Shown: piece by piece, positions 1 through 9,848 of the stretch | Position numbering within the stretch: the stretch's first letter is position 1 | Layout: each line of letters opens with the position of its first letter | Source of the DNA: Candidatus Latescibacterota bacterium | Lineage (GTDB): Bacteria; Latescibacterota; UBA2968 | DNA length: 64,000 nt | Assembly: GCA_965204375.1 (NCBI GenBank) | Contig: OZ241986.1 | Location: 256,001-320,000 of the forward strand | Direction of reading: 5' to 3' | Translations under genes and position numbers: made by a program | Notes under the pieces: model-generated | Seen by the model: the letters and a program-made list of their open reading frames with translations, nothing else | Database searches by the model: none | Told to the model about the DNA's origin: nothing

Positions 1-799
1 GCACATCTTCTTCTGTTGGGGATGTGTAGCCGTGAATGCCCGAGGGAGAATACCGACACATCTGCTTTCGGATTGGACTTAGTTCATCCCAGAAATTTTC
101 CACATTGCATTCACCGCGGGCTTGAAGCCAGCGATAAGCGTAGCCGTAGAAGAGCACCTTGCGGGGTTGCGTCCAGTAATTTGCACTCGCCGAATGCCAC
201 AATCGGCGGTCAAAGATAACGGCTGCCCCTCGGGGTGCAAGGATGGGTACGGCGCCTTTTACCATCTGATTGCGATTTCCGTTCGGCCAATTCATCTTAT
301 TTTTTAACTGGCTTCCCGGTATGACGTGAAAGTTGCCGCGCCCCGGTTCGCTTGTATCCGATAGAAAGTAGGCCACTTTGACCGATAAGCGCGGCCTTGG
401 ACTTGTCTCCATCTCTTGATTCACGCGCCCGGTATCCTGATGCCAGCCGATTCCCAAACCGCGTTTGCTATCTGGTGGTTCGGGAGGCGTCACGTTCAGG
501 TGGGCCAGATAGATTTGAATATTCCATCCCAAAATCCCCCAAACTTTTGGAAATGTCGTGTAGTGATCGATCAGGTCAATAAATGCACGATCCCGCCCCA
601 GAAAGTCGCGTTCGTGAACCCGCTTATGTGGTTCGATTTTTTGCTTTTCGCGTTCTTCGGCATTGATGCGGTCAACTGCTTTGGTCAGTTGTCTTCTTTT
701 GGCATCGCTCAGTGCGTTTTCGATGATCAGATAACCCCGATCTTCAAATTCGAGCCGTTCGTCTTCGGTCAGGCAATGGTTTAGCCAGCGTCTGTTCAT
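1..799 (-). CDS. Phytanoyl-CoA dioxygenase (PhyH) family 2OG-Fe(II) dioxygenase, 3' end runs off the window
   Basis: Absent from the ORF track; translated by hand from ATG 799 (AGGAG RBS upstream): MNRRWLNHCLTEDERLEFEDRGYLIIENAL...GWHQD...KVAYFLSD...GNFHVIPGS...IFDRRLWHSA. Has the HxD...H facial triad and PhyH motifs. Confidence 0.88.
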   Translation of the reverse strand, partial: MNRRWLNHCLTEDERLEFEDRGYLIIENALSDAKRRQLTKAVDRINAEEREKQKIEPHKRVHERDFLGRDRAFIDLIDHYTTFPKVWGILGWNIQIYLAHLNVTPPEPPDSKRGLGIGWHQDTGRVNQEMETSPRPRLSVKVAYFLSDTSEPGRGNFHVIPGSQLKNKMNWPNGNRNQMVKGAVPILAPRGAAVIFDRRLWHSASANYWTQPRKVLFYGYAYRWLQARGECNVENFWDELSPIRKQMCRYSPSGIHGYTSPTEEDV

Positions 800-813
800 G
801 GCGTATCTCCTGT

Positions 814-1281
814 TTAAGAAAAGAGGTTGGCCTTCCTTTTTTTTCGATCCAGAATATAGAATTTGATAAGCCCTATCCCGCCGATCAGACCACAGGGGAT
901 TACAATGAAGCGGTACATTGATACTTCGTCATATCGCAGCGATGCACCGGTCGCGCCCATTGTCGCAACGACAAATGACAGGTGAATGAGTTTTTGAGAT
1001 AGGTTTTTATTCGTAAAGGTAGAGAGCAAAATCAATATAAGTGCGGTGTGGAAAATGACAAATCCCGCATAACCATTTCGCACGGCGAGATCGAGTTGCC
1101 AATCGTAGCGATAAATCCACACCATGAGCACATGTGCCAGAATGACCAGCGCGACAACGCGCCACAGCGCGATCGGATGTTGTTCTCGCAGGGTGAGCAC
1201 AACTACAGTGGTTAAGCCCACATATCCCGTGATAGCCAATAAAAAAGTGATGAATATTTCCGTTGTTCCCGTTTCTACCAT
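814..1281 (-). CDS. Hypothetical integral membrane protein (about 5 TM)
   Basis: 155-aa ORF with several hydrophobic helices, a basic C-terminal tail and an AAGGAG RBS upstream. Confidence 0.65.
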   Translation of the reverse strand: MVETGTTEIFITFLLAITGYVGLTTVVVLTLREQHPIALWRVVALVILAHVLMVWIYRYDWQLDLAVRNGYAGFVIFHTALILILLSTFTNKNLSQKLIHLSFVVATMGATGASLRYDEVSMYRFIVIPCGLIGGIGLIKFYILDRKKRKANLFS

Positions 1282-1373
1282 TGAAACGATTCTCCTTCTT
1301 TATGCTATGCAATATATGGCATGATATTCTGAGAACAAGAGCGTTTCACCGGGGCAGGGATTCTGTATCATGC

Positions 1374-1413
1374 AAAACGGGTTACGACGTATTGTCATAA
1401 CCCGTTGTTTTTT
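1374..1413. terminator. Intrinsic terminator hairpin downstream of tRNA-Thr
   Basis: AACGGGTTAcGAC-loop-GTCaTAACCCGTT stem flanked by A and T tracts. Confidence 0.65.
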
Positions 1414-1414
1414 G

Positions 1415-1490
1415 TGGAGCCGCCCAGCGGACTCGAACCGCTGACCGCCTGATTACAAATCAGGTGCTCTACCAGCTGAGCTAGGGCGGC
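1415..1490 (-). tRNA. tRNA-Thr (TGT)
   Basis: Reverse complement GCCGCCCTAGCTCAGCTGGTAGAGCACCTGATTTGTAATCAGGCGGTCAGCGGTTCGAGTCCGCTGGGCGGCTCCA: 76 nt cloverleaf, anticodon TGT, GTTCGA T-loop, encoded CCA. Confidence 0.97.
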
Positions 1491-1500
1491 GTGTCGGTCA

Positions 1501-1529
1501 AAGATATAAAAGCGGACTATTTTTGGCAA
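1501..1529 (-). promoter_or_regulatory. Putative sigma70 promoter of tRNA-Thr
   Basis: TTGCCA-N17-TATCTT on the minus strand just upstream of the tRNA. Confidence 0.55.
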
Positions 1530-1570
1530 CCTCAAACCTGCTGAGAGAGTGGATAGCTAACTGCTGATAG

Positions 1571-2653
1571 CTAAAAAAACGATGTTTTGTGTTTTTGCTC
1601 GCGTTCGTAGCGTTCAATGCCCAGTTGAATGAGGCGATCAATTAATTCAGTATAAGAAATGCCACTGGCTTCCCATAGCTTGGGATACATGCTGATCCGC
1701 GTAAAGCCGGGAATGGTATTGATTTCATTTACAACAAAGGTGCCGTCATTTTTTAAAAAGAAATCCGCGCGTGCCATGCCCTCACAGCACAGGACTTGAA
1801 ATGTGCGAATGGCAAGGGCCTGTACCCGTTTTACAGCTTCTTCGGATAAATTAGCGGGGATGTGCAAGATCGCGCCTTTTTCATCCAGGTATTTTGCTTC
1901 GTAGGAATAAAACTCGTGCTGGGGTAAGATTTCGCCAGGAATTGAGACAATGGGTGTTTCATTGCCCAATACCGAACATTCGATTTCTCGACCTTCGACA
2001 AAAGCCTCGATCAGGACCTTTTTGTCGTAGCGGAATGCCTCTTTCAACGCGGGGATTAGTGCGCTTTTGTCGTGTACTTTACTCACGCCAACCGATGAAC
2101 CCAAATTTGCTGGCTTTACAAATAGAGGCAATCCCAGTTCTGAAATCACATCATTCACGTCCAGATTGTCCAATTGGAACTGAAGGACTGTTCGCCACGC
2201 GGCAACGGGAATACTGGCATCGCGCAGCAGGCGTTTCATCACGTCTTTGTCCATTCCCACAGCAGAGCCGAGTACATCGGCACCTACATAGGGGACATCG
2301 GCCAATCTCAAAAATCCCTGTACTGTGCCGTCTTCTCCCAGTGGCCCGTGCAAGACGGGAAAAACCACATCGACCGAGTCGGATGCAGACTGCCCTACGA
2401 GTTCACCGCGCCCTTCTGGCATCAACGTAATCAGCGCATTTTGATCTGCGTCAGAAAGCCCTTCTGTATTCGCTTCGGGCAATAGTTGTTCGGCTTCGTT
2501 TAAGAACCATTGACCCGATTTGTCGATTCCTATTGGCACGATTTCGTATTTGGTCTTGTCAATCGCGTCAATGATGTTGCGCGCAGATTGAAGTGACACT
2601 TCGTGCTCTGCCGATTTTCCACCAAATAATATCCCTACGCGGATCTTTTTCAT
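1571..2653 (-). CDS. ddl: D-alanine--D-alanine ligase
   Basis: GGKSAEHEVS, LHGPLGEDG, KPANLGSSVG, NEINTIPG motifs. Start placed at MKKIRV (2653), which overlaps the dedA stop as ATGA. Confidence 0.95.
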   Translation of the reverse strand: MKKIRVGILFGGKSAEHEVSLQSARNIIDAIDKTKYEIVPIGIDKSGQWFLNEAEQLLPEANTEGLSDADQNALITLMPEGRGELVGQSASDSVDVVFPVLHGPLGEDGTVQGFLRLADVPYVGADVLGSAVGMDKDVMKRLLRDASIPVAAWRTVLQFQLDNLDVNDVISELGLPLFVKPANLGSSVGVSKVHDKSALIPALKEAFRYDKKVLIEAFVEGREIECSVLGNETPIVSIPGEILPQHEFYSYEAKYLDEKGAILHIPANLSEEAVKRVQALAIRTFQVLCCEGMARADFFLKNDGTFVVNEINTIPGFTRISMYPKLWEASGISYTELIDRLIQLGIERYEREQKHKTSFF

Positions 2654-3342
2654 TTTTTTCTCTGCTTTTTTTTTCGTCGCCACCACCAGAATCCAAGTAT
2701 CCCCACAACCATTAAAATTATCAGTATGCGATTATAAGTTTTCAGTACAGCGACTACAATTTGCCAGTTTTCGCCGACCGTAAAGCCAAAGTAGATCAGC
2801 AGACTATTCCACAATAATGTGCCAAATAATACGTAAAGCGTCATGCGTAGCGGATGCATCTGGCTGATGCCGGCCGCAATGCCGACAAATATCCGCACGG
2901 CGGGCAAAAAGCGGTTGAAAATGACGATTTTGTCGCCATAGCGATTGAACCATGTTTCGGTGCGGTGCAGATTTTCTTCATTCAAGAACTTTATATTCAA
3001 CCGCAAGAAGAACGATCGCCCCTTTACAAAAGCGATGGCATAAAGGAGCAAACAACCCACTGCGCTGCCTATCCACATTGCAAAATACGCAGGCCAGACG
3101 GCGATTATCCCAATGCCAGCCAAATACGCGCCGAATACAATCAGGGTATCACCTGGAATGACAGGTACCACGTTCTCTAAAAAAGCACCCAAAAATAAAA
3201 AGAAGTAAATCCACCCTGGCGGTTGGTCTCTCAAATAGGTGAGAAAAGAGTCCCAGAGTTCAGTAAAGTAGGCGAGGAAAGAGTCCCAGAGTTCAGTAAA
3301 GTAGGCGAGGAAAGAATCCAGGAATTCAGTAAAGTACTCCAA
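2650..3342 (-). CDS. DedA family membrane protein with N-terminal 11-aa repeats
   Basis: FLENVVPVIPGD, RFLPAVR and AG..M motifs typical of DedA/SNARE_assoc. The TTG start is uncertain. Confidence 0.88.
   Translation of the reverse strand: MEYFTEFLDSFLAYFTELWDSFLAYFTELWDSFLTYLRDQPPGWIYFFLFLGAFLENVVPVIPGDTLIVFGAYLAGIGIIAVWPAYFAMWIGSAVGCLLLYAIAFVKGRSFFLRLNIKFLNEENLHRTETWFNRYGDKIVIFNRFLPAVRIFVGIAAGISQMHPLRMTLYVLFGTLLWNSLLIYFGFTVGENWQIVVAVLKTYNRILIILMVVGILGFWWWRRKKKQRKK
3237..3335. repeat. 33-bp tandem repeat x3 in the dedA 5' end
   Basis: Units AGG(T/C)GAG(A/G)AAAGAGTCCCAGAGTTCAGTAAAGT at 3237 and 3270, with a more diverged copy at 3303; they encode YFTE(L/F)(W/L)DSFL(A/T). Confidence 0.9.
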
Positions 3343-3403
3343 TTTGTATCCTTTGGATGTGATACCCGAGGCGGTTACATTTTTGAATAAACTGCGTAAT
3401 AAG

Positions 3404-4570
3404 TCAATACTTTTTTATTAACGCGACCGCCTGTGCTGCTATGCCTTCTTCGCGTCCGACAAAACCCATGTATTCGGTTGTGGTTGCTTTTACCGATATG
3501 AGATCAACCGACACTTCCAATGCGCGTGCCATGTTTTCGCGCATTTGTTCAATATACGGCGATAACTTTGGGCGTTGCGCCATCACGGTTGCATCCACAT
3601 TGAGTACCTGTGAGGACGATTCTTTCAGAATGTGGGCCACGCGTACCAGCAATGTGAGACTCGAAATATCTTTGTACGCGGCGTCTGTATCGGGAAAGAG
3701 CTGACCAATGTCGCCAGCACCCAGCGCGCCCAATAGGGCATCGATGACGACATGGGTCAATACATCTGCATCCGAGTGACCCTGTAGCCCTTTTTCGTGG
3801 GGAATGTGTACGCCACCCAAAATCAGCGCACGGTTCTTCACAAGTTGATGCGCGTCATAGCCCTGACCAATTCGCAATGTCGGTGTCACTTCGCCTCGTT
3901 GTTCTAAAATGTGCAAACCCATGTCGAGGTCTTCTATCGATGTAATTTTGATATTGTCCGCTCGCCCGGGCACAAGGGTTACAGCCTCGCCCAAACGCTC
4001 TACCAGAACCGTATCATCTGTGCCCAGATATCCCGATTCGCGCGCGGCACGATGGGCGCGAAAGATCACATCGCGGCGAAACGCCTGGGGCGTTTGCACG
4101 GCTCGCAATGTCGATCTGTCCAGGGTTTTTGCGACCTGGTCATCCTGCACGCGTTTTATCGTATCTGTTACTGGTGTGCCCAAAACAGCGGCACCGCGTT
4201 CAGCGGCTGCCAGAACTACGGCATTGATCTCTTCGGGCGTTACATAAGCTCGTGCGCCATCGTGGATAGCAACTACGTCGGCATCTTGCGGTATTGCTTG
4301 TAGCCCACAAGCCACGGAATCCTGCCGTTCTGCACCGCCAGCGATCACTTCGACGACTTTGGAAAATTTTTTCTTTCCGAATTGTTCTCGACAAGTGTTG
4401 ATGTCTTCACGCCCCACGACCAGCACAACGCGGTCAATGCGGTCTGCGCGTTCAAATGCGGTCAATGTCCAGGCCAATACGGGACGTCCGGCAAGGTCGA
4501 GAAATTGCTTTGGGATATGCGTGCCCATGCGCTTTCCCGACCCAGCGGCGAGAATGATGGCGTAGTTCAT
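3404..4570 (-). CDS. ispDF: Bifunctional IspD/IspF (MEP cytidylyltransferase / MEcDP synthase)
   Basis: LAAGSGKRMG..PKQF, HDGAR, QTPQ (IspD) fused to GQGYDAH and GHSDADV (IspF). Confidence 0.95.
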   Translation of the reverse strand: MNYAIILAAGSGKRMGTHIPKQFLDLAGRPVLAWTLTAFERADRIDRVVLVVGREDINTCREQFGKKKFSKVVEVIAGGAERQDSVACGLQAIPQDADVVAIHDGARAYVTPEEINAVVLAAAERGAAVLGTPVTDTIKRVQDDQVAKTLDRSTLRAVQTPQAFRRDVIFRAHRAARESGYLGTDDTVLVERLGEAVTLVPGRADNIKITSIEDLDMGLHILEQRGEVTPTLRIGQGYDAHQLVKNRALILGGVHIPHEKGLQGHSDADVLTHVVIDALLGALGAGDIGQLFPDTDAAYKDISSLTLLVRVAHILKESSSQVLNVDATVMAQRPKLSPYIEQMRENMARALEVSVDLISVKATTTEYMGFVGREEGIAAQAVALIKKY

Positions 4571-4579
4571 GGTTTGCGC

Positions 4580-5761
4580 TTATGTGTTATACTGATCCTG
4601 TTCCCGTTTGGCCCAGTCGGCATTGACAAACATGTTCAGGCCGGGATCGGCGTATATGCCGTCTATTTTGTCGCCGTCGTGCTGTCGCAAGAAATCGATG
4701 TCGATCTCTACACCCCAGCCCGGGCCTCCGGGCAATTCGAAATGACCATCTACGACTTCGGGGTATGGCGTTCCCGCGCGTTTGACGTGCTCATCTGCAA
4801 AGTCATTAAAATGTTCGAGCACTTTGCCATTGCGGAGGGTTGCCATCAGGTGAAGGGTCGCAACGGTGGTGATGATACCGCCGACATTGTGCGGCGCGAC
4901 CATCACGTTATAGGTTTCAGCCGTTGAGGCAATTTTCTTGGTTTCCAATAGGCCGCCACACTGGTTTAAATCCGGCTGGATAATATCCACGACCCGCATG
5001 GGGAACAGGTCTCTAAATTCCGCGGCTTTGTAAAGCCGTTCTCCGGTCGCAATTGGGATGGGTGTATGTTGCGCCACTTTGGTCAATGCGCCCAAATCTT
5101 CCGGACGCGTCGGTTCTTCAATCCATCCCGGGCGCAGGTGTTCAATTGCTTTGGCGATTTCGATGGCTTGATGGGACGCGAACCGACCGTGCATTTCCAC
5201 AAATATTTGTACGCGATCACCCACGACGGAATGTACGGCTTCGATCAATTCAACAGATTTAAAAAATTCGTCGCGCGTCAGTTCCAGGTTGCCATTGCCA
5301 AACGGATCGAATTTAAGACCGATATATCCGCGGTCGATTACTTTTTGAGCTGCTCTGGCAAATTCTTCTGGCGAACGCTCCACTGTGTACCAACCATTTG
5401 CATAAGCGGGCACGCGTTCAATGGTTTTGCCGCCGATCAGATTGTACACGGGCTGATTGGTCAATTTGCCAATGCAATCCCAGCACGCCATCTCTACGAG
5501 TGCCAGCCCCGTCATTACAACTTCACCGGGCACACCGAAATCGTGGAGTGTGAATCGGCAATACAGGTCCTCTATATCGTACACACTGTGCCCGATGAAA
5601 TGACGCCTGGTATCTTTCAGAAATTCCAGCACGGTATGTGTTTTGCCCAGGACGCGCGCTTCGCCAACCCCGCGCGTGCCGTCTTCCAATTCGATAAATA
5701 CATACGTCAAATTGCGCCAGGGCGTTCCCAGCACATAAGTTTCGTAATTTTTGATTTTCAA
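4580..5761 (-). CDS. Mandelate racemase/muconate lactonizing family enzyme (galactonate dehydratase-like)
   Basis: YANGW, KFDPFG, EMHGR, WIEEP, ATGER and PHN motifs of the DgoD-like enolase subgroup. Confidence 0.88.
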   Translation of the reverse strand: MKIKNYETYVLGTPWRNLTYVFIELEDGTRGVGEARVLGKTHTVLEFLKDTRRHFIGHSVYDIEDLYCRFTLHDFGVPGEVVMTGLALVEMACWDCIGKLTNQPVYNLIGGKTIERVPAYANGWYTVERSPEEFARAAQKVIDRGYIGLKFDPFGNGNLELTRDEFFKSVELIEAVHSVVGDRVQIFVEMHGRFASHQAIEIAKAIEHLRPGWIEEPTRPEDLGALTKVAQHTPIPIATGERLYKAAEFRDLFPMRVVDIIQPDLNQCGGLLETKKIASTAETYNVMVAPHNVGGIITTVATLHLMATLRNGKVLEHFNDFADEHVKRAGTPYPEVVDGHFELPGGPGWGVEIDIDFLRQHDGDKIDGIYADPGLNMFVNADWAKREQDQYNT

Positions 5762-5778
5762 GGGGTGCTCCTTTTTCG

Positions 5779-6858
5779 CTATAATATCATCATTGCATCG
5801 CCATAACTGTAGAACCGATAGGCTTGGCGCACGGCTTCCCGATATGCTCGCATCGCAAAATCGCGCCCCATGAATGCGGCGACAAGCATGAGCAAAGTGG
5901 ATTCTGGCAGATGGAAATTGGTGATTAGACCATCTACCAATCGAAAATTGTAGGGCGGATAGATAAATCTATGTGTCCAGTCCGAGCCGGATTTTAGTTG
6001 CCAATTCGATCCGATTTTCACTGCTGCGGACTCAAGTGTTCGCACCGATGTCGTTCCCACTGCTATGATGCGCCCGCCATTTGCCCGGCATCGATTGACG
6101 GTTTCTGCGGCGCTTTCATCGATTTTCCAAAATTCCGCACCCATTTTGTGATCGCGTATATCGTCTGCTTTCACTGGTTTGAATGTGCCGGGTCCTACAT
6201 GTAGCAGGATTCGCGCTAAACCTATGCCCAATGCTTCAATTTTTGTCAACAGGTCGGGGGTAAAATGAAGCCCTGCGGTGGGAGCGGCGACCGATCCGCG
6301 CACGCGCGCATAGACTGTCTGATACCGCTCTTTGTCAGAGGCGCGATCTTCCCGCCGAATATAGGGCGGCAATGGCACATGGCCATGCGTTTTCAGCAGT
6401 TCATCCAGCGATCCTTTGCCTTCAAATCGCACGCGGCGGTTGCCCGAATCCAGTACATCCTCGACAATGGCAATGAGGTCTGATCCTTCAAAAGCAATTT
6501 GAGCACCAATTCGCAATCGCCGTCCGGGCCGTGCCATTGCTTCCCAGCTATTGCCATTGGGATGCAGGAGCAAAAGTTCTACTGCGCCTCTGGTGATTGG
6601 CCGGTATCCTTTTAACCGCGCGGGAAATACCCGCGTTTCGTTTAATACCAGACAATCGCCTGTGCTCAAAAAGTTGGGCAATTCTCGAAATGTTCGATGT
6701 GCAATCTCGCGGTGCGTGCGATTTGCCACCATCAAGCGCGACTCATCGCGCTCAGCCGTTGGGTATTGTGCGATCAGGTGATTGGGTAATTCGTAATAAA
6801 AATCGGAACGCTTCACTGGACGAGTTTTTAAAAAGTGAGAATGTGGCAATCGTATCAT
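5779..6858 (-). CDS. queA: SAM:tRNA ribosyltransferase-isomerase
   Basis: LIAQYP, PLPPYI, YQTVYA, AAPTAGLHF, TNFHLPEST, YRFYSYGDAM. Confidence 0.96.
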   Translation of the reverse strand: MIRLPHSHFLKTRPVKRSDFYYELPNHLIAQYPTAERDESRLMVANRTHREIAHRTFRELPNFLSTGDCLVLNETRVFPARLKGYRPITRGAVELLLLHPNGNSWEAMARPGRRLRIGAQIAFEGSDLIAIVEDVLDSGNRRVRFEGKGSLDELLKTHGHVPLPPYIRREDRASDKERYQTVYARVRGSVAAPTAGLHFTPDLLTKIEALGIGLARILLHVGPGTFKPVKADDIRDHKMGAEFWKIDESAAETVNRCRANGGRIIAVGTTSVRTLESAAVKIGSNWQLKSGSDWTHRFIYPPYNFRLVDGLITNFHLPESTLLMLVAAFMGRDFAMRAYREAVRQAYRFYSYGDAMMIL

Positions 6859-7634
6859 TCAAAGAGCGATGGGAAGTGACGATGGGGTTCTGCTGGCTCT
6901 CTGAAGAGAATCTGCTGACGCGGTGTCAGTTCTGTGTTGGTTGGCGGTTGTACACGATTGGGTCTCCAGGCTGTGTGCGCTACGCAGTATTTGTAGAGGA
7001 GAGAGCGGCGTTCGTGTTTGCCGTACCAGGCCGATGTCCCGTGCGTTAGCGCTTCGGTAAATAAAATAGCGGAGCCAGCAGGTGCATGTGGAATGATTAT
7101 AAGGGGCGATTTTTCGGGGGCATCGAATATCTTTTTGGGCAATCGGTAGTTGCTTTTGTGGCTACCGGGAATGCAGCAGAATCCCCCGTGGTCTGGCCCT
7201 GCGTCTGTGAGGCTCCACGCGACAACCATAAAGCCATCGGTGATCTCGTGTTTTGGAAAATTAAAGTATTTGCCCGGCACCGATCCAGAAATGGGCGACA
7301 TGGCGCCGTAGTCTGCGTGCAGACGCCCTCTTCCCATGCCCGCTTTCATGTACATGCCATAGAGGCGATCAAGGCGAAAGCAGTCGCCCAGTCGGAAGCG
7401 CAATATGGACATAATTTGAGGGTGATCGAGGAGGTCGCAAAAGGGTTTTCCCCATTGCAGAAAGCCCGGTCCGTCTGGCGCGCTTCCAAATCGCTGCGTT
7501 TTGCCCGGTGAGGGCAGTTTTTGTCGGTCAAATAGTTCATTGAGTGTTGCTACTTCGTCCGGGCTTAAGACATTTTCAACGACGAGATAGCCCTGCAAGT
7601 CGAGCAGGTACTGTTGTATTTCAAGGTCTTCCAT
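6855..7634 (-). CDS. Phytanoyl-CoA dioxygenase (PhyH) family protein
   Basis: DLQGYLVVENVL, LHAD, GGFCCIPGSHK, FTEALTHG. Confidence 0.88.
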   Translation of the reverse strand: MEDLEIQQYLLDLQGYLVVENVLSPDEVATLNELFDRQKLPSPGKTQRFGSAPDGPGFLQWGKPFCDLLDHPQIMSILRFRLGDCFRLDRLYGMYMKAGMGRGRLHADYGAMSPISGSVPGKYFNFPKHEITDGFMVVAWSLTDAGPDHGGFCCIPGSHKSNYRLPKKIFDAPEKSPLIIIPHAPAGSAILFTEALTHGTSAWYGKHERRSLLYKYCVAHTAWRPNRVQPPTNTELTPRQQILFREPAEPHRHFPSLFE

Positions 7635-7893
7635 AATGTTCTCCTGTTGTTTTTAGATGATATGATGTATTAAAATCCCGTGTGGATTGCTCGTCAAAGT
7701 GTCCTGCCGTATTTATTGGGTTTCGACTTTGGACTATATTAGATTTCGACTTTGGGCGCAAGGAGAAAGACCAGCAAATGGTCAGTTGCAAAATCAGGTC
7801 GGTGGTATTATATTTTGCCGTGCCTTATTATTTTACGCAAAGAAACGGTGTGTATCACGCCGTTTCTTTTTTTCCAAATAACAGGAGTGTGCT

Positions 7894-8934
7894 ATGGCAG
7901 TTAAAACGTGTCTTATGGTGGGCGGTGGTGGTATGGCAGGGGGCTGGATCAATCGCATGACGCAAAAATTTGGCGATCGCATCAAAATTATCGGTCTCGT
8001 CGATGTCAATCGGGATGTGCTGGATCGTCAGGCGCAGGCACTCGGTCTGTCTAATGATCAACTTTTTACCTCGTATGAAGATGCTGTGTCCGCTGTCAAA
8101 GCCGATTTTTGTGGTGTGGCAACACCGCCGCCGTTTCACGCGCCGGCAACTGTTGCCGCGCTTGAGGCGGGCATGCCTGTGATATCTGAGAAGCCAATTG
8201 CAGATACTCTCGATGCAGCTAAAGACATGGTTCGCGCTGCTCAAAAGACGGGTTTACCTTGCGCCATTATTCAAAATTATCGCTATGCCCGCAACAAACA
8301 GGAACTCGTTCGCATCCGCAATGAGGGCCGCCTCGGTCGGCTGCAGCATATTGTTGGGTGCTATGCCTGCGATTATCGGGAATTTGAATCTTGGGGCAAA
8401 GCCTGGCGGCATACGATGGAGTTTGGTCTTCTCTTTGAAGGTTCGGTGCATCATTTTGACATGTTGCGCTTTCTTTCGGGTGGCGATCCCGATACGCTTA
8501 TGGGATTTGGCTGGAATCCCGAATGGTCGAGCTTTGATCACCATTCGAGCGGGATGTATCTCGTGAATATGGACAATGGCACGCATACGTTTTACGAGGG
8601 TAACAGCTCGGCGGCGGGTATTACCAACTGCTGGCATCGGGAACACTATCGCGCTGAATTTGAAGAGGGGACGGTCGAAATTTCTGAAGGTGCTACCGTG
8701 ACGATTCACCGCGTTGGACAAGAGCCAGAAGTTTATGAAGCACCTGAAATTGAATGGGAAGGTCACGATCATCTTTTCGATGAGTTTCTCAATTGGCTCG
8801 ACGGGGGACCGCCTTCAGAGACGCGCATTGAAAAAAATATTATCTCGTATGCGATGGTCATCGCCGCAATGGAGACGACGCTGGATGGGCAGCCGAAGAA
8901 AATCGCAGATTATGTTGCAGATCTCGATTTGTAA
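7894..8934 (+). CDS. Gfo/Idh/MocA family oxidoreductase
   Basis: GGGGMA Rossmann motif, ATPPPFH, SEKPI, VHHFD; AGGAG RBS. Confidence 0.9.
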   Translation: MAVKTCLMVGGGGMAGGWINRMTQKFGDRIKIIGLVDVNRDVLDRQAQALGLSNDQLFTSYEDAVSAVKADFCGVATPPPFHAPATVAALEAGMPVISEKPIADTLDAAKDMVRAAQKTGLPCAIIQNYRYARNKQELVRIRNEGRLGRLQHIVGCYACDYREFESWGKAWRHTMEFGLLFEGSVHHFDMLRFLSGGDPDTLMGFGWNPEWSSFDHHSSGMYLVNMDNGTHTFYEGNSSAAGITNCWHREHYRAEFEEGTVEISEGATVTIHRVGQEPEVYEAPEIEWEGHDHLFDEFLNWLDGGPPSETRIEKNIISYAMVIAAMETTLDGQPKKIADYVADLDL

Positions 8935-8950
8935 CCTGATTACCAAATTT

Positions 8951-8986
8951 AAAAAAGCCCTCCGTAGCACTGCTGCGGGGGGCTTT
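8951..8986. terminator. Bidirectional intrinsic terminator
   Basis: AAAAAAGCCCTCCGTAGCA...TGCTGCGGGGGGCTTT between convergent genes. Confidence 0.7.
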
Positions 8987-9006
8987 GAGTTGGTCGTTTC
9001 CACCTA

Positions 9007-9819
9007 TTAGCAACACCCTATGCTCGACAGGATTCCCCTGATATATCCCAGTGTGAATGCGAGGTCGCGGTCGATACCCTCAGGCGTTTTAGAGCCGACG
9101 CATTCTACGTAGAGAGGACCTGCGAATCCCCCGCCGGTTAGTCCGGATAAGATGCGGTGAAAATCAACTTCGCCATCTCCTGCTGTGGTTTGCACATTGG
9201 GGTTGTTATCGGAGTCCAATGCACAATCTTTTATAATCGCTGTTGAGGTGTATTTTGCAATATCATCCACTTCCTGCTCTGGGCGCACTTCGCCGCGCGT
9301 GTAGTGAATGATGTTGCCCGGGTCATAGCTTACCGCAAATGCGGGGTGATTGATCTGGTGATACAGATCGATCAATTCCTTTGCTGTCAGGCTGATGCCC
9401 CCATGAGGCTTGAGGGAAATTCCCAGGTCTAAGGTTGCCGCGTGTTCAGAGGCACGGCGCATGACTTCGGGATAGATGCCGTAATATTCTTTTTTGCCCG
9501 TTCCCAATTCCAATATCCACTTTGCGCCGAGTTCGGCGGCGTTGTCCAGCAATTTTTTATATGCATCCGCTGCGCCATCCACGCCGAGTTCCAACAGTGC
9601 TCTGCCGAGCAACATGGATGGATTGACGCCTGCCTGAGCAGCGGCTTTTTTGGTGGCTGCGATTTGCGCGGCACTGCTTTCTGTATTTACGGGTATAACC
9701 CCATCGTGTGCAAATACAGCTACGTCTGTGTATCCCGCGCTTGCGATGTGTTCACACGCCTCTGCAAATGACAGGGCGTTGAGAGGCCGCGTTGTGCTGC
9801 CAATGACCAGTTCCATCAT
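9007..9819 (-). CDS. Sugar phosphate isomerase/epimerase (AP_endonuc_2 TIM barrel)
   Basis: KPHGG, YDPGN, IKD, G.GEVDF and LYVE motifs. Confidence 0.85.
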   Translation of the reverse strand: MMELVIGSTTRPLNALSFAEACEHIASAGYTDVAVFAHDGVIPVNTESSAAQIAATKKAAAQAGVNPSMLLGRALLELGVDGAADAYKKLLDNAAELGAKWILELGTGKKEYYGIYPEVMRRASEHAATLDLGISLKPHGGISLTAKELIDLYHQINHPAFAVSYDPGNIIHYTRGEVRPEQEVDDIAKYTSTAIIKDCALDSDNNPNVQTTAGDGEVDFHRILSGLTGGGFAGPLYVECVGSKTPEGIDRDLAFTLGYIRGILSSIGCC

Positions 9820-9848
9820 TTACTCCTTCCTTATTTTATCTGGATTGT

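Noticed and set aside
16-784. Plus-strand ORFs 16-219, 122-307, 397-582 and 416-784
   Set aside because: Shadows of the minus-strand PhyH gene (799 to the window edge), which the ORF track missed because its stop lies outside the window.
1321-1490. tRNA-Thr as an integration site for an island
   Set aside because: No integrase and no duplicated tRNA 3' end was seen in the window.
3237-3335. 33-bp repeats as a CRISPR array
   Set aside because: The units are directly adjacent with no spacers, are in frame within dedA, and no cas genes are present.
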